Source: Methylophaga sp.
GTDB lineage: Bacteria; Pseudomonadota; Gammaproteobacteria; Nitrosococcales; Methylophagaceae
Direction: 5' to 3'
Assembly: GCA_026988435.1 (NCBI GenBank)
Contig: JALSLH010000005.1
Coordinates: 22,831-86,830, forward strand
Length of the DNA: 64,000 bases
Shown here: piece after piece, positions 9,058-19,380 of the stretch
How the letters are laid out: the number at the start of each line of letters is the position of its first letter
Numbering within the stretch: position 1 is the first letter of the stretch
Notes under the pieces: generated by a model
What the model was told of the DNA's origin: nothing
The model's database searches: none
Seen by the model: only the letters and a program-made list of their open reading frames with translations
Translations under genes and position numbers: made by a program

Positions 9058-10800
9058 TTATTTCCAGTTATTTTGCTTTGCATTTTGTAATTTTTGATAT
9101 CCTTCAAGCAACTTTATGTGTCGCTCAAAACCTTCTAAACCTAATCCCGGGCAATGTAAATCATGAAAAATCTTATCGCCTTCCACAATCGCTAGGCCAT
9201 CGGTGACATTCCGAGCTCCATACAAATATTCTAAACCTTGTTGGTAGTCTTCATATTGCCGTTGCGGATGCCATTTTATTTCTAACAATGCTTTTAAACA
9301 GCGGTAATATCGAACCCTTTCATCAGAACCTTGCTCCAGCGCCAAACACCAATCAAGCCATTCAATCGCTTGCTCATCCTGCAAGGCGAGATACAACATT
9401 GCTTTAATCTCACCTAATCTGACCGTTGACCATAGTGTATTAGGATCAGGGGCCAAACCAATAAAAGCGGCCGCCAAAGCTTGGTCATTATATGCGCCAT
9501 CATCCAGTCGTTCTAAAATAGCTTGCCAACGCTCGTTATCACCTTGTTTTAACGTTAAAAAGTCTTCGCGGAACAAGGCGCCTTCATTATTATTTTCCCA
9601 GACCAGTTCATCCACAGGATAAATATCAGACATGCCCGGCACTAAAATTCGGCAGGCATAGACATCTAAGTGCTCATAATCAGCAATATAAATATCGAAA
9701 CCCATATCATCAATTTTAGCGCTTAAATAATTAAACTCATCTTTGGTTTCTGCATCATGATCCCAGTCATAAAATGCATAATCCGTAGTGCTTCGGAAAA
9801 AATCATTAGAAATAAAGCCACTGGAATCAATAAAGTGCATCTCTAAATTTTGAGGAGAAGCCACTTCATCTTGATCAAATATTGGAGGGTGAAACACATC
9901 TAATTGGTCTAAATTCCGACCCTGAAGCAACTCTGTCACCGTGCGCTCTAATGCCACCTCAAAACTTGGGTGTGCTCCAAAAGATGCAAATACAGAACCG
10001 TCTTTAGGATTAATTAATGTCACGCTCATTACTGGATACTGTCCGCCCAACGAGGCATCAGCAACCTTAAGAATATAACCGTGATCTTCCAACTCTTGGA
10101 TTGACTTTTGAATATCAGGATAACGAGCTAATACGTCTTTTGGCACTTCTGGCAAACATAAGCCTTCGGCTATAATTTTATTTTTAACATAGCGTTCAAA
10201 AATTTCTGAAAGCGATTGAACCCGTGCCTCGTTACGCGTATTACCTGCCGACATTCCATTGCTTACAAAAATATTAGCAATAATATTAATTGGTATATAA
10301 AGTGTTTTTCCATCACGCAGGCGTTGATAGGGTGCAGCACAAATACCTCGTTCACCGATTCCTGAGTTTATATCAAATAATTTATCCGGACTTAACTCCT
10401 TTTCAGGATCAAAGTAGTCCCATAAGGATTGATCCATCAATCCATCTGGCATTGTATCGCCTGAACCATTAAACCAGCGCTCATCTGGATAATGCACAAA
10501 TTCATGTTGACTGTGCTGCTCGCCAAGATAAAAGTCAGCAAAAAAATAATTACAACTCAGCCGCTCAAAATATTCGCCCAAGGCGCTTGCAAGACAAGAC
10601 TTCTCGGTACTGCCTTTGCCGTTTGTAAACATGAGAGGGCAGCTTTTATCGCGGATATGAACAGAATACACATTACTAACAGGGTTCAGCCAAGAAGCCT
10701 GCTCGATATCAAAACCAAATGATTTCAATTTTCCTTCCATCGTTGCAATACTAGTCTCTAGATCACTGTCTTTTCCTTTGATATAGGTTTTTTCTGTCAT
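9058..10800 (-). CDS. ycaO: YcaO-family protein (stand-alone, E. coli YcaO-like)
   Basis: 580 aa. The N-terminus (KGKDSDLETSIATMEGKLKSFGFDIEQASWLNPVSNVYSVHIRDKSCPLMFTNGKGSTEKSCLASALGEYFERLSCNYFFADF) tracks E. coli YcaO almost residue for residue. Confidence 0.9.
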   Translation of the reverse strand: MTEKTYIKGKDSDLETSIATMEGKLKSFGFDIEQASWLNPVSNVYSVHIRDKSCPLMFTNGKGSTEKSCLASALGEYFERLSCNYFFADFYLGEQHSQHEFVHYPDERWFNGSGDTMPDGLMDQSLWDYFDPEKELSPDKLFDINSGIGERGICAAPYQRLRDGKTLYIPINIIANIFVSNGMSAGNTRNEARVQSLSEIFERYVKNKIIAEGLCLPEVPKDVLARYPDIQKSIQELEDHGYILKVADASLGGQYPVMSVTLINPKDGSVFASFGAHPSFEVALERTVTELLQGRNLDQLDVFHPPIFDQDEVASPQNLEMHFIDSSGFISNDFFRSTTDYAFYDWDHDAETKDEFNYLSAKIDDMGFDIYIADYEHLDVYACRILVPGMSDIYPVDELVWENNNEGALFREDFLTLKQGDNERWQAILERLDDGAYNDQALAAAFIGLAPDPNTLWSTVRLGEIKAMLYLALQDEQAIEWLDWCLALEQGSDERVRYYRCLKALLEIKWHPQRQYEDYQQGLEYLYGARNVTDGLAIVEGDKIFHDLHCPGLGLEGFERHIKLLEGYQKLQNAKQNNWK

Positions 10801-10814
10801 TACTCTCTTCTTGA

Positions 10815-10855
10815 ATAAAAAAGGCCTTGCCAGAATTCAATCTCGCAAGGCCTTT
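10815..10855 (-). terminator. Rho-independent terminator after the cytochrome c gene
   Basis: The minus strand reads aaggccttgc-(14-nt loop)-gcaaggcctt followed by TTTTTTATT. Confidence 0.6.
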
Positions 10856-10875
10856 ATCTTTTGTTTCGCTTAAAT

Positions 10876-11526
10876 TTATTTCTGCTTTTTAGGTTTGACG
10901 TTACCAATCTTACCATCAGAACGTGCCATCAAATATGCGTATAGCTGACCGCGACCCGCCATAACTTTAGCATTGCTTTTCCATGCTGGCATACTGCCAA
11001 TCTGGCCTGACTTACCGTTTTCTACCGTGCTGAAAAAGGTGTCTTTATCAATAACTTTTAGACTTTCAATTAAATTGGCACCAATGCCGCCATCATCTTT
11101 TCCTAAACCATATTTGGCATGGCAACGCGAACACCAGTTACGAAACAGCTTGAACCCGGCATAACTGTCAGCATCTAACTTATTACCATCAACAACACTG
11201 TAGAGCGCGCCTTCCTCAGAGCTGCTAGCTGTTGGATCAGAAACTGTAGTAGCTAAAGGCTCTGTTACGGGTTCGATCGCTTCAGGTTTTGATTCAGGCT
11301 CTACTACTTCTGGTGTAGGTGCCGGCTCAGTTTTTGTCACAAGCTCTTCTTTAGGAGCAGGCTCAACAACAGGCTGAATAGCTGGGGCAGAATCCACCTC
11401 AGCAATAACGACACCTTCTGTTTTTGTCATATAACCATCATTACTGCCTTGCAGTGCTGGCCATATCGCCCAAAGGACAAAGATCCCTACAGCGACATGA
11501 GCAAGAGTAAATAGCAAACTTTTCAT
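10876..11526 (-). CDS. Membrane-anchored c-type monohaem cytochrome with a Pro/Glu-rich linker
   Basis: CSRCH haem-binding motif with a distal Met (GSMPAW). There is an N-terminal TM anchor and a PE-rich linker (PAPKEELVTKTEPAPTPEVVEPESKPEAIEPVTEP). I place the start at ATG 11526, which has a GGAGAAC RBS. Confidence 0.8.
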   Translation of the reverse strand: MKSLLFTLAHVAVGIFVLWAIWPALQGSNDGYMTKTEGVVIAEVDSAPAIQPVVEPAPKEELVTKTEPAPTPEVVEPESKPEAIEPVTEPLATTVSDPTASSSEEGALYSVVDGNKLDADSYAGFKLFRNWCSRCHAKYGLGKDDGGIGANLIESLKVIDKDTFFSTVENGKSGQIGSMPAWKSNAKVMAGRGQLYAYLMARSDGKIGNVKPKKQK

Positions 11527-11635
11527 TTTGTTCTCCGATTTCAAAATAACTCCAGTATACCTACTTAATTTGTTCAATAATATGCTTGTTATGCGATAAT
11601 AATTGACCGGAATCAAACAACAAGGTTTAAAAACT

Positions 11636-12211
11636 ATGAGTCTCGAACAATCACTTCTTCAGCGCAGTAGCTCAGCATGTGAATTATGTGGCTCAAGCTC
11701 CAAGCTATCTGTCTATGAAATCCCGCCTGTTTCAACAGCGACAGAGGATAACAGCGTACTTGTTTGTGATACTTGCCTTGGTCAAATCAATAATCCAGAT
11801 AGCACTGACTCAAATCACTGGCGCTGCTTAAATGATTCTATGTGGACACCGGTGCCTGCTGTGCAGGTCATGGCTTGGCGACAGTTAAAACAATTAGATA
11901 ACGAGTCTTGGGCGCAGGATTTATTAGATATGCTCTATCTCGAACCAGAAGTTCAACAGTGGGCTGAAGCCGGCCAGCCATCCGATAGCGATGAAAATAC
12001 TTCTCAATCTAAAGATAGTAATGGCGCTACACTCAATGCCGGTGATAGCGTTACTCTTATTAAAGATCTTGATGTGAAAGGAGCCAACTTTACTGCCAAA
12101 CGCGGCACAATGGTAAAGAACATTTCTTTAACAGACAATCCGGAGCATATTGAGGGCAAGGTAAATGGTACCCGTATTGTTTTATTGACTAAATTTTTAA
12201 AGAAAGCCTAA
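11636..12211 (+). CDS. phnA: PhnA/YjdM-family zinc-ribbon protein
   Basis: N-terminal CxxC...CxxC zinc ribbon (CELCG...CDTC). The C-terminal domain (DSNGATLNAGDSVTLIKDLDVKGANFTAKRGTMVKNISL...) matches E. coli YjdM/PhnA. Confidence 0.85.
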   Translation: MSLEQSLLQRSSSACELCGSSSKLSVYEIPPVSTATEDNSVLVCDTCLGQINNPDSTDSNHWRCLNDSMWTPVPAVQVMAWRQLKQLDNESWAQDLLDMLYLEPEVQQWAEAGQPSDSDENTSQSKDSNGATLNAGDSVTLIKDLDVKGANFTAKRGTMVKNISLTDNPEHIEGKVNGTRIVLLTKFLKKA

Positions 12212-12240
12212 ATAACCTTGCCCCGTTTCAGCTTAAATAA

Positions 12241-12277
12241 AAAGGCGCTTATCTTTCGGTAAGCGCCTTTCTTTTAT
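12241..12277. terminator. Bidirectional rho-independent terminator between convergent phnA and kbp
   Basis: aaaggcgctta-tctttcgg-taagcgccttt, with T-runs on both strands. Confidence 0.7.
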
Positions 12278-12292
12278 CATTTTCTCAACGAG

Positions 12293-12730
12293 CTACCATG
12301 TTTTAGGTGGCACTCTAATTTTTTGGCCTGGGTAAATCAAATCAGGATCTTTGATCACCTCCTTATTAGCCTCAAATAGCTTGGGGTAATCCATGGCATT
12401 GCCGTAAAAATTCTTAGCAATCTTAGATAAACTATCACCACTGACGATAGTGTAATACTCTACTTCTACAGTTACTTCTGGCGCATCTAAGCCTTCAATT
12501 TTTACTTCAGTTACGCCTTGAACATTACCTGCCATTAAAACTGCTTTTTCCATAGCTTCCGGCGTTGCTGCTTTCCCGCTTAAACTAACAATACCATCAT
12601 CAAAACTCACGGCTAGATCATCAACACCTGGATTTTCTGCGCTAATGCTTTGTTCAATTTTCTCCGCAGCTTCTGCCTCTGAAGAAAACAATTTTTTACC
12701 TAAATCTTTTACAAAATCAAATAAACCCAT
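12293..12730 (-). CDS. kbp: BON + LysM domain protein (Kbp/YgaU-like potassium-binding protein)
   Basis: MGLFDFVKDLGKKLF... through YYTIVSGDSLSKIAKNFYGNAMDYPKLFEANKEVIKDPDLIYPGQKIRVP parallels E. coli YgaU/Kbp throughout. Confidence 0.85.
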   Translation of the reverse strand: MGLFDFVKDLGKKLFSSEAEAAEKIEQSISAENPGVDDLAVSFDDGIVSLSGKAATPEAMEKAVLMAGNVQGVTEVKIEGLDAPEVTVEVEYYTIVSGDSLSKIAKNFYGNAMDYPKLFEANKEVIKDPDLIYPGQKIRVPPKTW

Positions 12731-12742
12731 CTTTCTCTCCTA

Positions 12743-13318
12743 TTATTTTAAAAAGCCTTTTAATAGGCTTCCAACTAAATCTCCGGTATCAGGCTTGCTA
12801 CTGCTTCCTCCCATCAATGAGCCTAGAACAGAACCCAACATGCCGCCTGAACTGCTACCGCCGCCTGAAACGGCACCTGCTAACATATCTAGCATACCAT
12901 TTGATTGTGCACCTTTACTCATAGCGCCCATCAACATTGTCGCCGCCATCGGCAATAATTTTTTAATGATGCTAGAGCCAACACCCGTTGAGCTAGCCAC
13001 TTGTGAAGCCACCTGCCGGCTGGCATCTTTGCTACCTAAAAGATGGCCTAATATTTTATTGCCATCTAATATCGATTCAGGCTCTGCAAGCGTATTTGGA
13101 TCATCAACATATCGCTGATGATTGCCCTTACCTAGTGCACCTAATAATGACTCCAAACCATTGCTTTGCTGTGCGTTACCTTGTAGCTTATTCGCTAACT
13201 CCGGCAATAGTTGTGACAAGACATCACTAGCTTGACTGGTTGAAATATTGTTTTGTTTGGCCAAATTTCCTAAGGCATCGCCCTTGGTTGCAGCCAACAC
13301 CATCTTTAATAAATCCAT
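12743..13318 (-). CDS. DUF937-like protein with Gly/Ser-rich segments
   Basis: 191-aa ORF with a repeated helical LLG/LLP pattern and a GGGSSSGGMLGSVLGSLMGGSSS tract. The family assignment is from memory of DUF937-type proteins only. Confidence 0.55.
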   Translation of the reverse strand: MDLLKMVLAATKGDALGNLAKQNNISTSQASDVLSQLLPELANKLQGNAQQSNGLESLLGALGKGNHQRYVDDPNTLAEPESILDGNKILGHLLGSKDASRQVASQVASSTGVGSSIIKKLLPMAATMLMGAMSKGAQSNGMLDMLAGAVSGGGSSSGGMLGSVLGSLMGGSSSKPDTGDLVGSLLKGFLK

Positions 13319-13333
13319 TACTTTGCTCCGCTT

Positions 13334-13534
13334 TTATTTAAGGACAAAGGTCACTTTCATGGCAACTTTATATCCTACAATTTTATTGTCTTTAATATCT
13401 AGCGTTTGGTCTTGGATCCAAACTGATGTGACATTTTCTAATGTTTGTGTTGCACGCTCTACACCATCTTGAATGGCATCATCAAAGCTTTTTGTTGAAC
13501 GGGCAATCACTTCTGTAACTCTTGCAATAGACAT
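13334..13534 (-). CDS. Dodecin-family (flavin-binding) protein
   Basis: 66 aa. MSIARVTEVIARSTKSFDDAIQDGVERATQTLENVTSVWIQDQ...YKVAMKVTF is the typical bacterial dodecin pattern. Confidence 0.75.
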   Translation of the reverse strand: MSIARVTEVIARSTKSFDDAIQDGVERATQTLENVTSVWIQDQTLDIKDNKIVGYKVAMKVTFVLK

Positions 13535-13615
13535 AATTCTTCCTTTTATCTGTTAATTTAAGAACTATGGACTTTATACGTTATTACATATTAAGACAAG
13601 CCGCTAAGCGTAAAA

Positions 13616-14632
13616 TTAACTTTCCTGTGGAATAAGTGCCCAATCATTGTTTACCGCTTCAAGCAAGCTTGTCAGTGGCTTGCTTTTCTTGCGATAGTTA
13701 TCCACATCCAAATCCCATCTCGCTTTAACAGACACATGCACAGCCCCTGTTATTTCTCGCACCAGCTCTTTACGTGCACGATAAATACCGGTTCGTTCAT
13801 TATGTTGCTTATCTTCTGGATCGGGCTGTAATGTGCTTAAAAAATGTGTTTCGAATTGCAAGCCAAATTTGCTTGCTTCACGACTGATCCATTGGTTTGC
13901 AATATGACTTAAACCGGCTTCTTTATATCCACCACCGATATCTGAATGCGCGCCTGAAAACCAAACTTGTTTAAGATCTGAGCCGGGCTTGTCACTCCAC
14001 ATTGTAGGCTCAAAATCTATACGATTTTCATCTATAGCCATGGCATGGCGAGCATGCTCAATAATTTTGCTTGGCTCAGTGTCATGAAATAAGAACTCAC
14101 GTTCGCCCAATGTTCCCCAAAATGGAACCGGTATACCCAAAGCTCCTACGGTGTCCCATACGCCAATAAATTCAATTGGTGTAATATCTGCTACCGCAAA
14201 ATCTTTTCGAAACTGCTGTGCTAGCATCGCATTAGGCCCTGTGGCTTTTGCTCGCTTTCTATACAGCTTGTAAGCGGCAGGAATTTGACCGGCAAACTGT
14301 CTTTTTAACAAACCACAGTTTCGGATAAAACCCGCTAAAGAGCGAACCGTATAGGCGCCTCGGCTAAAACCAAAAAAGAAAAGTTTGTCACCTCTTTGAT
14401 AGTTATGAACAATAAAACGATAACAATCTAAAATATTCTTATCAATACCCGCGCCCGTTATTCCGCCTGCAATCTTCTTTCTATCAGTGCCGACACCCCA
14501 ATCATAAAAAGCAACTTGCTCAACATCTCCGGCCATTGGTTTAATGCCACGTGCCATCTGCAATACGTTGGTCGCAAGGCCTTTGTTCGGCGAATTCCAT
14601 GTGCCATCAGCAAAAATAACAATTCTTTTCAT
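13616..14632 (-). CDS. DUF2235 alpha/beta-hydrolase (Tle1-like phospholipase fold)
   Basis: MKRIVIFADGTWNSP start, the nucleophile elbow FGFSRGAYTVRSLAGFI, and WFSGAHSDIGGGY. These are DUF2235 hallmarks. Confidence 0.8.
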   Translation of the reverse strand: MKRIVIFADGTWNSPNKGLATNVLQMARGIKPMAGDVEQVAFYDWGVGTDRKKIAGGITGAGIDKNILDCYRFIVHNYQRGDKLFFFGFSRGAYTVRSLAGFIRNCGLLKRQFAGQIPAAYKLYRKRAKATGPNAMLAQQFRKDFAVADITPIEFIGVWDTVGALGIPVPFWGTLGEREFLFHDTEPSKIIEHARHAMAIDENRIDFEPTMWSDKPGSDLKQVWFSGAHSDIGGGYKEAGLSHIANQWISREASKFGLQFETHFLSTLQPDPEDKQHNERTGIYRARKELVREITGAVHVSVKARWDLDVDNYRKKSKPLTSLLEAVNNDWALIPQES

Positions 14633-14713
14633 CTGGCTTCACCTCTTGCTTTTATTGGGCTGTTTTTTTAGATTTAAGCGCTTAGCTAACCCCTCTAAAG
14701 TGCGGTTCTTGCA

Positions 14714-15523
14714 TTAATTTTTAACTAGAATCTCACCCATACCAATGCCGCCTAAATCTCCCGCGTAACGTTGCACGCGTGAAAATAGTTCTAACTTGGC
14801 AAATTTGGTATCTAAATTGTTGAATGAAGCCAACATCAAGGGCAAAAATGCCAAGGTGTGTGTTCCACAATCATTAAAGTTTGCTGGGATCTGAGCTTCT
14901 TTCAATAATAATAAGGTTCCGCGCTTCATTCCATAACCAAGATGAGCGCCAACGCTACCTAACACGGCAATTGTTCCAGATATCATTCTAGAACCACAAT
15001 AATCGCCAGCATTACCCTCGATAAGAATATAGCCACGACGCATATGATCGCCGGTGCGATCACCGGTATTACCGGTCACGATTACCGTTCCGCCTGTCAT
15101 ACCATTTTTCTGGCCTACGCGTGCTCCACCAACAAAATCACCCGCGTTTCCATTAATTTTAATCTGACCGCCTTTCATTTCGCATGCTGTATAAATGCCT
15201 GTGTTTCCTGTCATCAGGATAAAACCATTGGTCATCATGGCACCTAAATAAGCACCGGCATCACCTTTTATTTCAATGGTGCCATGACTCATTTGATTGC
15301 CGATAAAGTCTAATTTATCACTGCTGTTTTCAAATACAATATGTTTGGCATTATCACCTTTAATATCAAATACACTGTCTGCTCGAACAGTGCGATTACC
15401 TGATGGTAGCTCAATCGCAGCTATCTCAGCAGGTGATTTATCTTCTAGATGATCTGGCGTAAGCACTGAACAATCAACGCGTTGTTGCAAAGATTCTTTT
15501 AGTGTCAGGGTTAATGCGCTCAT
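14714..15523 (-). CDS. fhcC: Formyltransferase/hydrolase complex subunit C (FwdC/FmdC-like)
   Basis: Repeated GNxGDxxG beta-helix motifs (GNAGDFVGG, GNTGDRTGD, GNAGDYCGS). It overlaps fhcD by 4 nt. Confidence 0.85.
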   Translation of the reverse strand: MSALTLTLKESLQQRVDCSVLTPDHLEDKSPAEIAAIELPSGNRTVRADSVFDIKGDNAKHIVFENSSDKLDFIGNQMSHGTIEIKGDAGAYLGAMMTNGFILMTGNTGIYTACEMKGGQIKINGNAGDFVGGARVGQKNGMTGGTVIVTGNTGDRTGDHMRRGYILIEGNAGDYCGSRMISGTIAVLGSVGAHLGYGMKRGTLLLLKEAQIPANFNDCGTHTLAFLPLMLASFNNLDTKFAKLELFSRVQRYAGDLGGIGMGEILVKN

Positions 15524-16416
15524 GCCATTATCTCCTGTAAATGAAAGTGGAAGGGACCAAGTTTACCGCCATAGTTCCCAGCACTAATTCGGCGAATACC
15601 ATTCTCTGCGCCTAAATCACACACCGCTTGTATACCTGCTCGCATTGCCACATCAATATCTTCTTTTGTTAATCCATCAATAACGATTTCCATTACTGAT
15701 TCAACTTCGGGCGAAAGATCACTCTTTGTTTGCCCTTTTAAGGTCGGACAAAAGGCATCATTAGTTGAGGCATTTAAGGCTTTAAATTTGGAGCCGACTT
15801 TAGAGCCTGATCTTACAACACCACCCGGGAAGGGCATAATCACATTCGGGCATTTTTTCATTTCAACAATCGCTGCTTCACAAGCAGCCAAGGCTTGTGC
15901 TTGAGCTTCAGCTAGTACTAAAAAGTTACCACCACCAACCGAGGCTTGCACGCCTGTTTTTTCTTGCGTTAAGAACTCGCCATCCATTACAGGAATACGC
16001 CAATAGCGTTTGCCATCAATCATCTTTGAAATTTGAAAACCGTCTCCAAAAAACCGAAGGTTTTGACCTAATGCTATTTCAGTGTCGCTATCCAACCCCG
16101 AAAACAAAGCTGATGTAGGCGAAGTAAGTACACACTGTCCGGCACGAGTTTCAACTTGTTTCGCTAAGCCTTTTCCACCCATCGCAAAGATCAAAATAGA
16201 TACTCCTGGACGACCATCTGGTGTTTCACTAGGTTCTAATTCTCTTTCAATGCCTGCTTCACAACCACAAGCAATGACCGACGTTGCAAAGCCGGTAAAG
16301 GTTTGTGCTGAAATCATTGCCCATTTAGCATTAAGTGCGGTGATGATTAAGCGTGTGCCTTTCATCGGAAAGGCTTCTGCAAAGGTTTCATCAATTGTTA
16401 CGCCATTGATAATCAT
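15520..16416 (-). CDS. fhcD: Formylmethanofuran--tetrahydromethanopterin N-formyltransferase (Ftr; Fhc subunit D)
   Basis: 298 aa. The Ftr-type N-terminus is MIINGVTIDETFAEAFPMKGTRLIITA. It is translationally coupled to fhcA and fhcC. Confidence 0.85.
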   Translation of the reverse strand: MIINGVTIDETFAEAFPMKGTRLIITALNAKWAMISAQTFTGFATSVIACGCEAGIERELEPSETPDGRPGVSILIFAMGGKGLAKQVETRAGQCVLTSPTSALFSGLDSDTEIALGQNLRFFGDGFQISKMIDGKRYWRIPVMDGEFLTQEKTGVQASVGGGNFLVLAEAQAQALAACEAAIVEMKKCPNVIMPFPGGVVRSGSKVGSKFKALNASTNDAFCPTLKGQTKSDLSPEVESVMEIVIDGLTKEDIDVAMRAGIQAVCDLGAENGIRRISAGNYGGKLGPFHFHLQEIMA

Positions 16417-18080
16417 ATTTTGCCTCCTGCATGTAGCGGCTGAATCGTTAAGCTACCACGTCCATCGTCCACAATTTCATCATCGCTGATTTTAAAGTTA
16501 CCCATTTTTTGAGTGTGATATTTATCGAAATACGGTTTCAATGATTTTTCAATGCTGTTGTCATATTCAGGTTTAACCACATGCGTTGTACCCCATGTGA
16601 CTTCGACAATCTCGCCATCTTTCACCACCATGGTGCCGTCTTTAAATACATAATCTGGTTTGCTGAACATTTTTTCACGATCTTCATTGTCTGTGTACAC
16701 AGTAATATCTGCCGCACCACCAACACTTAAATGACCACGATCAGCAAGACCGACTAATTTAGCCGCACCCGCACGGGTCATAATGGCAATTTCATATAAA
16801 GTATATTCACGATCTAGTGATGCCAAATGACTGGCTTTTTGAGCTTCTGGATGTAAGGTCGATAAGATATCGTTACGGAATGTTTTATCCATTAACAATC
16901 GAATCAAATGTGGATAACTAGTAAACGGTGCGCCATTCGGGTGATCCGTTGTTAAGAATACGCGCCAAGGATCATCCACCATCAAGAAGGTTTCTAAACC
17001 AATCATCCACTGCAATGCGTTAACATAGCTTTGATCTTTATATTTGAATGGCAATACACCACAACCGGCATCACACTCAATATCCATACAGACCCATTTA
17101 TTCGGGCTAGCATGTGGATGCGCCGCATGCTGACGCATATTATCGCCCGAAGCGGTCACGGTTTGACCAAATAATATTTGCCCGACATCGGCGGTGATAT
17201 TTTTGTGTTTATTAATGGTTTCAGCAATCTGTGCAGAACCCGATGAGAACTTAAAGTCACCTTCGGTACCATAACTATGGAACTGAATATGGGTCATATG
17301 CATTGGCAAACCGTTGATACCTTCCATCGTATCAATGGTCATTTCTAAGTTTCCAGCCACACCCAAGTTACAACCATGAACATGCAAGGGATGCGGTACG
17401 CCTAACTCTTTAACCGCAGTCGCTAAACGCAATAAAATATCACGCGGTGTCACACCATAATATTGATTTTTTTCATCTAAATCTAATTTACGCTGGTTAA
17501 ATTTAAAGGCGTTAATACCCCCCGGATTCACTACCTTCACACCAATGGCATGACTATGCGTCATTGTCCAAGCTACATAGTTATTAATGGCTTCTTGGTC
17601 ACCATTTGATGCCATCATGCGTAGTAGAAAATCATCACTACCCAACATAACATAACCACCTTTATCAATGATCGGCGTATCACCCATTTCCATATGTGCT
17701 TGGCGAGCATTGATCGGTAATATCGCCGGCTCAAACCCGGCGGTATATCCCATTTCAGCATAACGATAACCCGCTGTCAGAGTGCTAGGTGCAGCATGAC
17801 CACAACCACTTCGCATTAACTCAGTTCGGGCTACCACATCAGCGGCATGATCTTCTGGCAACATGGTGCGAGCAATATTTACCTTACCACCACCAATATG
17901 GGTGTGCATATCAATTGCACCCGCCATCACCACTTTGCCACGGATATCAATCTCTTTATCTATACGATCATTACCGGGCTTGGCAATGATGCGTCCGTCA
18001 CGGATATAAATGTCTTTAACTTCATTATTGATACTATTGGCTGGATCATAAACTCTACCGCCTGTTAGTTTTGTTAACAT
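16413..18080 (-). CDS. fhcA: Formyltransferase/hydrolase complex subunit A (FwdA-like amidohydrolase)
   Basis: 555 aa. Amidohydrolase metal-binding pattern (AIDMHTHIGG...HVHG...) in FwdA/FhcA context. Confidence 0.85.
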   Translation of the reverse strand: MLTKLTGGRVYDPANSINNEVKDIYIRDGRIIAKPGNDRIDKEIDIRGKVVMAGAIDMHTHIGGGKVNIARTMLPEDHAADVVARTELMRSGCGHAAPSTLTAGYRYAEMGYTAGFEPAILPINARQAHMEMGDTPIIDKGGYVMLGSDDFLLRMMASNGDQEAINNYVAWTMTHSHAIGVKVVNPGGINAFKFNQRKLDLDEKNQYYGVTPRDILLRLATAVKELGVPHPLHVHGCNLGVAGNLEMTIDTMEGINGLPMHMTHIQFHSYGTEGDFKFSSGSAQIAETINKHKNITADVGQILFGQTVTASGDNMRQHAAHPHASPNKWVCMDIECDAGCGVLPFKYKDQSYVNALQWMIGLETFLMVDDPWRVFLTTDHPNGAPFTSYPHLIRLLMDKTFRNDILSTLHPEAQKASHLASLDREYTLYEIAIMTRAGAAKLVGLADRGHLSVGGAADITVYTDNEDREKMFSKPDYVFKDGTMVVKDGEIVEVTWGTTHVVKPEYDNSIEKSLKPYFDKYHTQKMGNFKISDDEIVDDGRGSLTIQPLHAGGKI

Positions 18081-18095
18081 TATTTTGGTAGCTCC

Positions 18096-19370
18096 CTACA
18101 GTTCAGCTTCAACAGCGGTAAGTATGTCGAATGTACTCGGCAACCCACTGTCTCGTAATTTTCGCAATGGCACGGAAACCACGCCATCACATCTAAAGGC
18201 TCGACCAGCATGATCAATTCCCGGTGTACCTACAGGAATAAAGACTTCTGGCTCTTGCTCAAAGCTCATACCTGAGCGCCCTAACACAATCGTTGTTGCA
18301 TTTGATTTTGGTGGCGCACGATCAACATCAAAACTTGAAACCCACACCAAAACATCCACTTCGTCATTTTCTAACATGCGATCGCTATCACAAAGATAAG
18401 GGTCATAATCAGGATAAGCTTGATTAAAATTGGTGCGCATTGGAAAACCAGACTGCCATGCTGAAACTTGATTGGCAGTTATGCCACCGTCTTTGCCACC
18501 CAAAGGCAAACCGCTTGAACGAGTATCATCATTCAACTCTTTAATCATTTCACACACTGTTTGCACCGTCGCTTCAGCATGATCAAAATCTAAATCGCCT
18601 GCCGCCCATGTCACCACAGAATATTTAGCCTGTTTTAGCTGTTCGGCCAATATTGCCAAGTCACTTACTGCAATACCGCCCACTTGCTCGGCTTGTATAC
18701 CTTTACCATTAACTAACGCACGTAAAATCGACACCACTTCGGGTAAATCAGCATCATCACAAGCTAAGACTTGGGCTTTTTTACCTTTTGGCGAAGTTGA
18801 AGCATCGCCTGATGGTGCTTTACCTAGATAAACCACTTGCCGTGATTCAATTTCTTGGTCAAACATGCTTTCATCATTCCACACCATTCGTTCAAAAAAG
18901 CGGGGGAATTCAGCTTCAATATCACTGCCGACTACCAGCAATAAATCAACTCGATTTCTAACTTCGGTTAATGTGGTTAACATCCAGCCCGTATCTTGCA
19001 ACACTAAGGTATTTCTAAAATTGGCTACTGAATCCATATTATCAATGGTTGCTCGGCTTTTATCAGCTAAGGCCATCGCACTACGTGCACCATTTAAATC
19101 CGTGGCCATGCCGCCGATAACAGTCTGATTGCTTTGACGTAGCACGTTAGCAATATGCGTTACAGCTTCAGCCAGTGAAACATCTTTACCGTTGACCCTT
19201 GGAGACATTTCAGTAATCGGCGTTTCAAAACCTTTTTTGGTCACAAAGTCACTATTTTCAATCACTGTAACAGTATTTCCATCAACCTTAATACTGAGAT
19301 CGTCAGAGGCAATACCACAAAATGGACTTGGCACTTCTTGCCAAATACCATCTCCGATTTTTTCTGTCAT
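18096..19370 (-). CDS. fhcB: Formyltransferase/hydrolase complex subunit B (FwdB-like, no obvious Mo/W-ligand Cys)
   Basis: 424 aa with a formate-dehydrogenase/FwdB-like fold. It is the first gene of the fhcB-A-D-C string. Confidence 0.75.
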   Translation of the reverse strand: MTEKIGDGIWQEVPSPFCGIASDDLSIKVDGNTVTVIENSDFVTKKGFETPITEMSPRVNGKDVSLAEAVTHIANVLRQSNQTVIGGMATDLNGARSAMALADKSRATIDNMDSVANFRNTLVLQDTGWMLTTLTEVRNRVDLLLVVGSDIEAEFPRFFERMVWNDESMFDQEIESRQVVYLGKAPSGDASTSPKGKKAQVLACDDADLPEVVSILRALVNGKGIQAEQVGGIAVSDLAILAEQLKQAKYSVVTWAAGDLDFDHAEATVQTVCEMIKELNDDTRSSGLPLGGKDGGITANQVSAWQSGFPMRTNFNQAYPDYDPYLCDSDRMLENDEVDVLVWVSSFDVDRAPPKSNATTIVLGRSGMSFEQEPEVFIPVGTPGIDHAGRAFRCDGVVSVPLRKLRDSGLPSTFDILTAVEAEL

Positions 19371-19380
19371 ATTAATATCC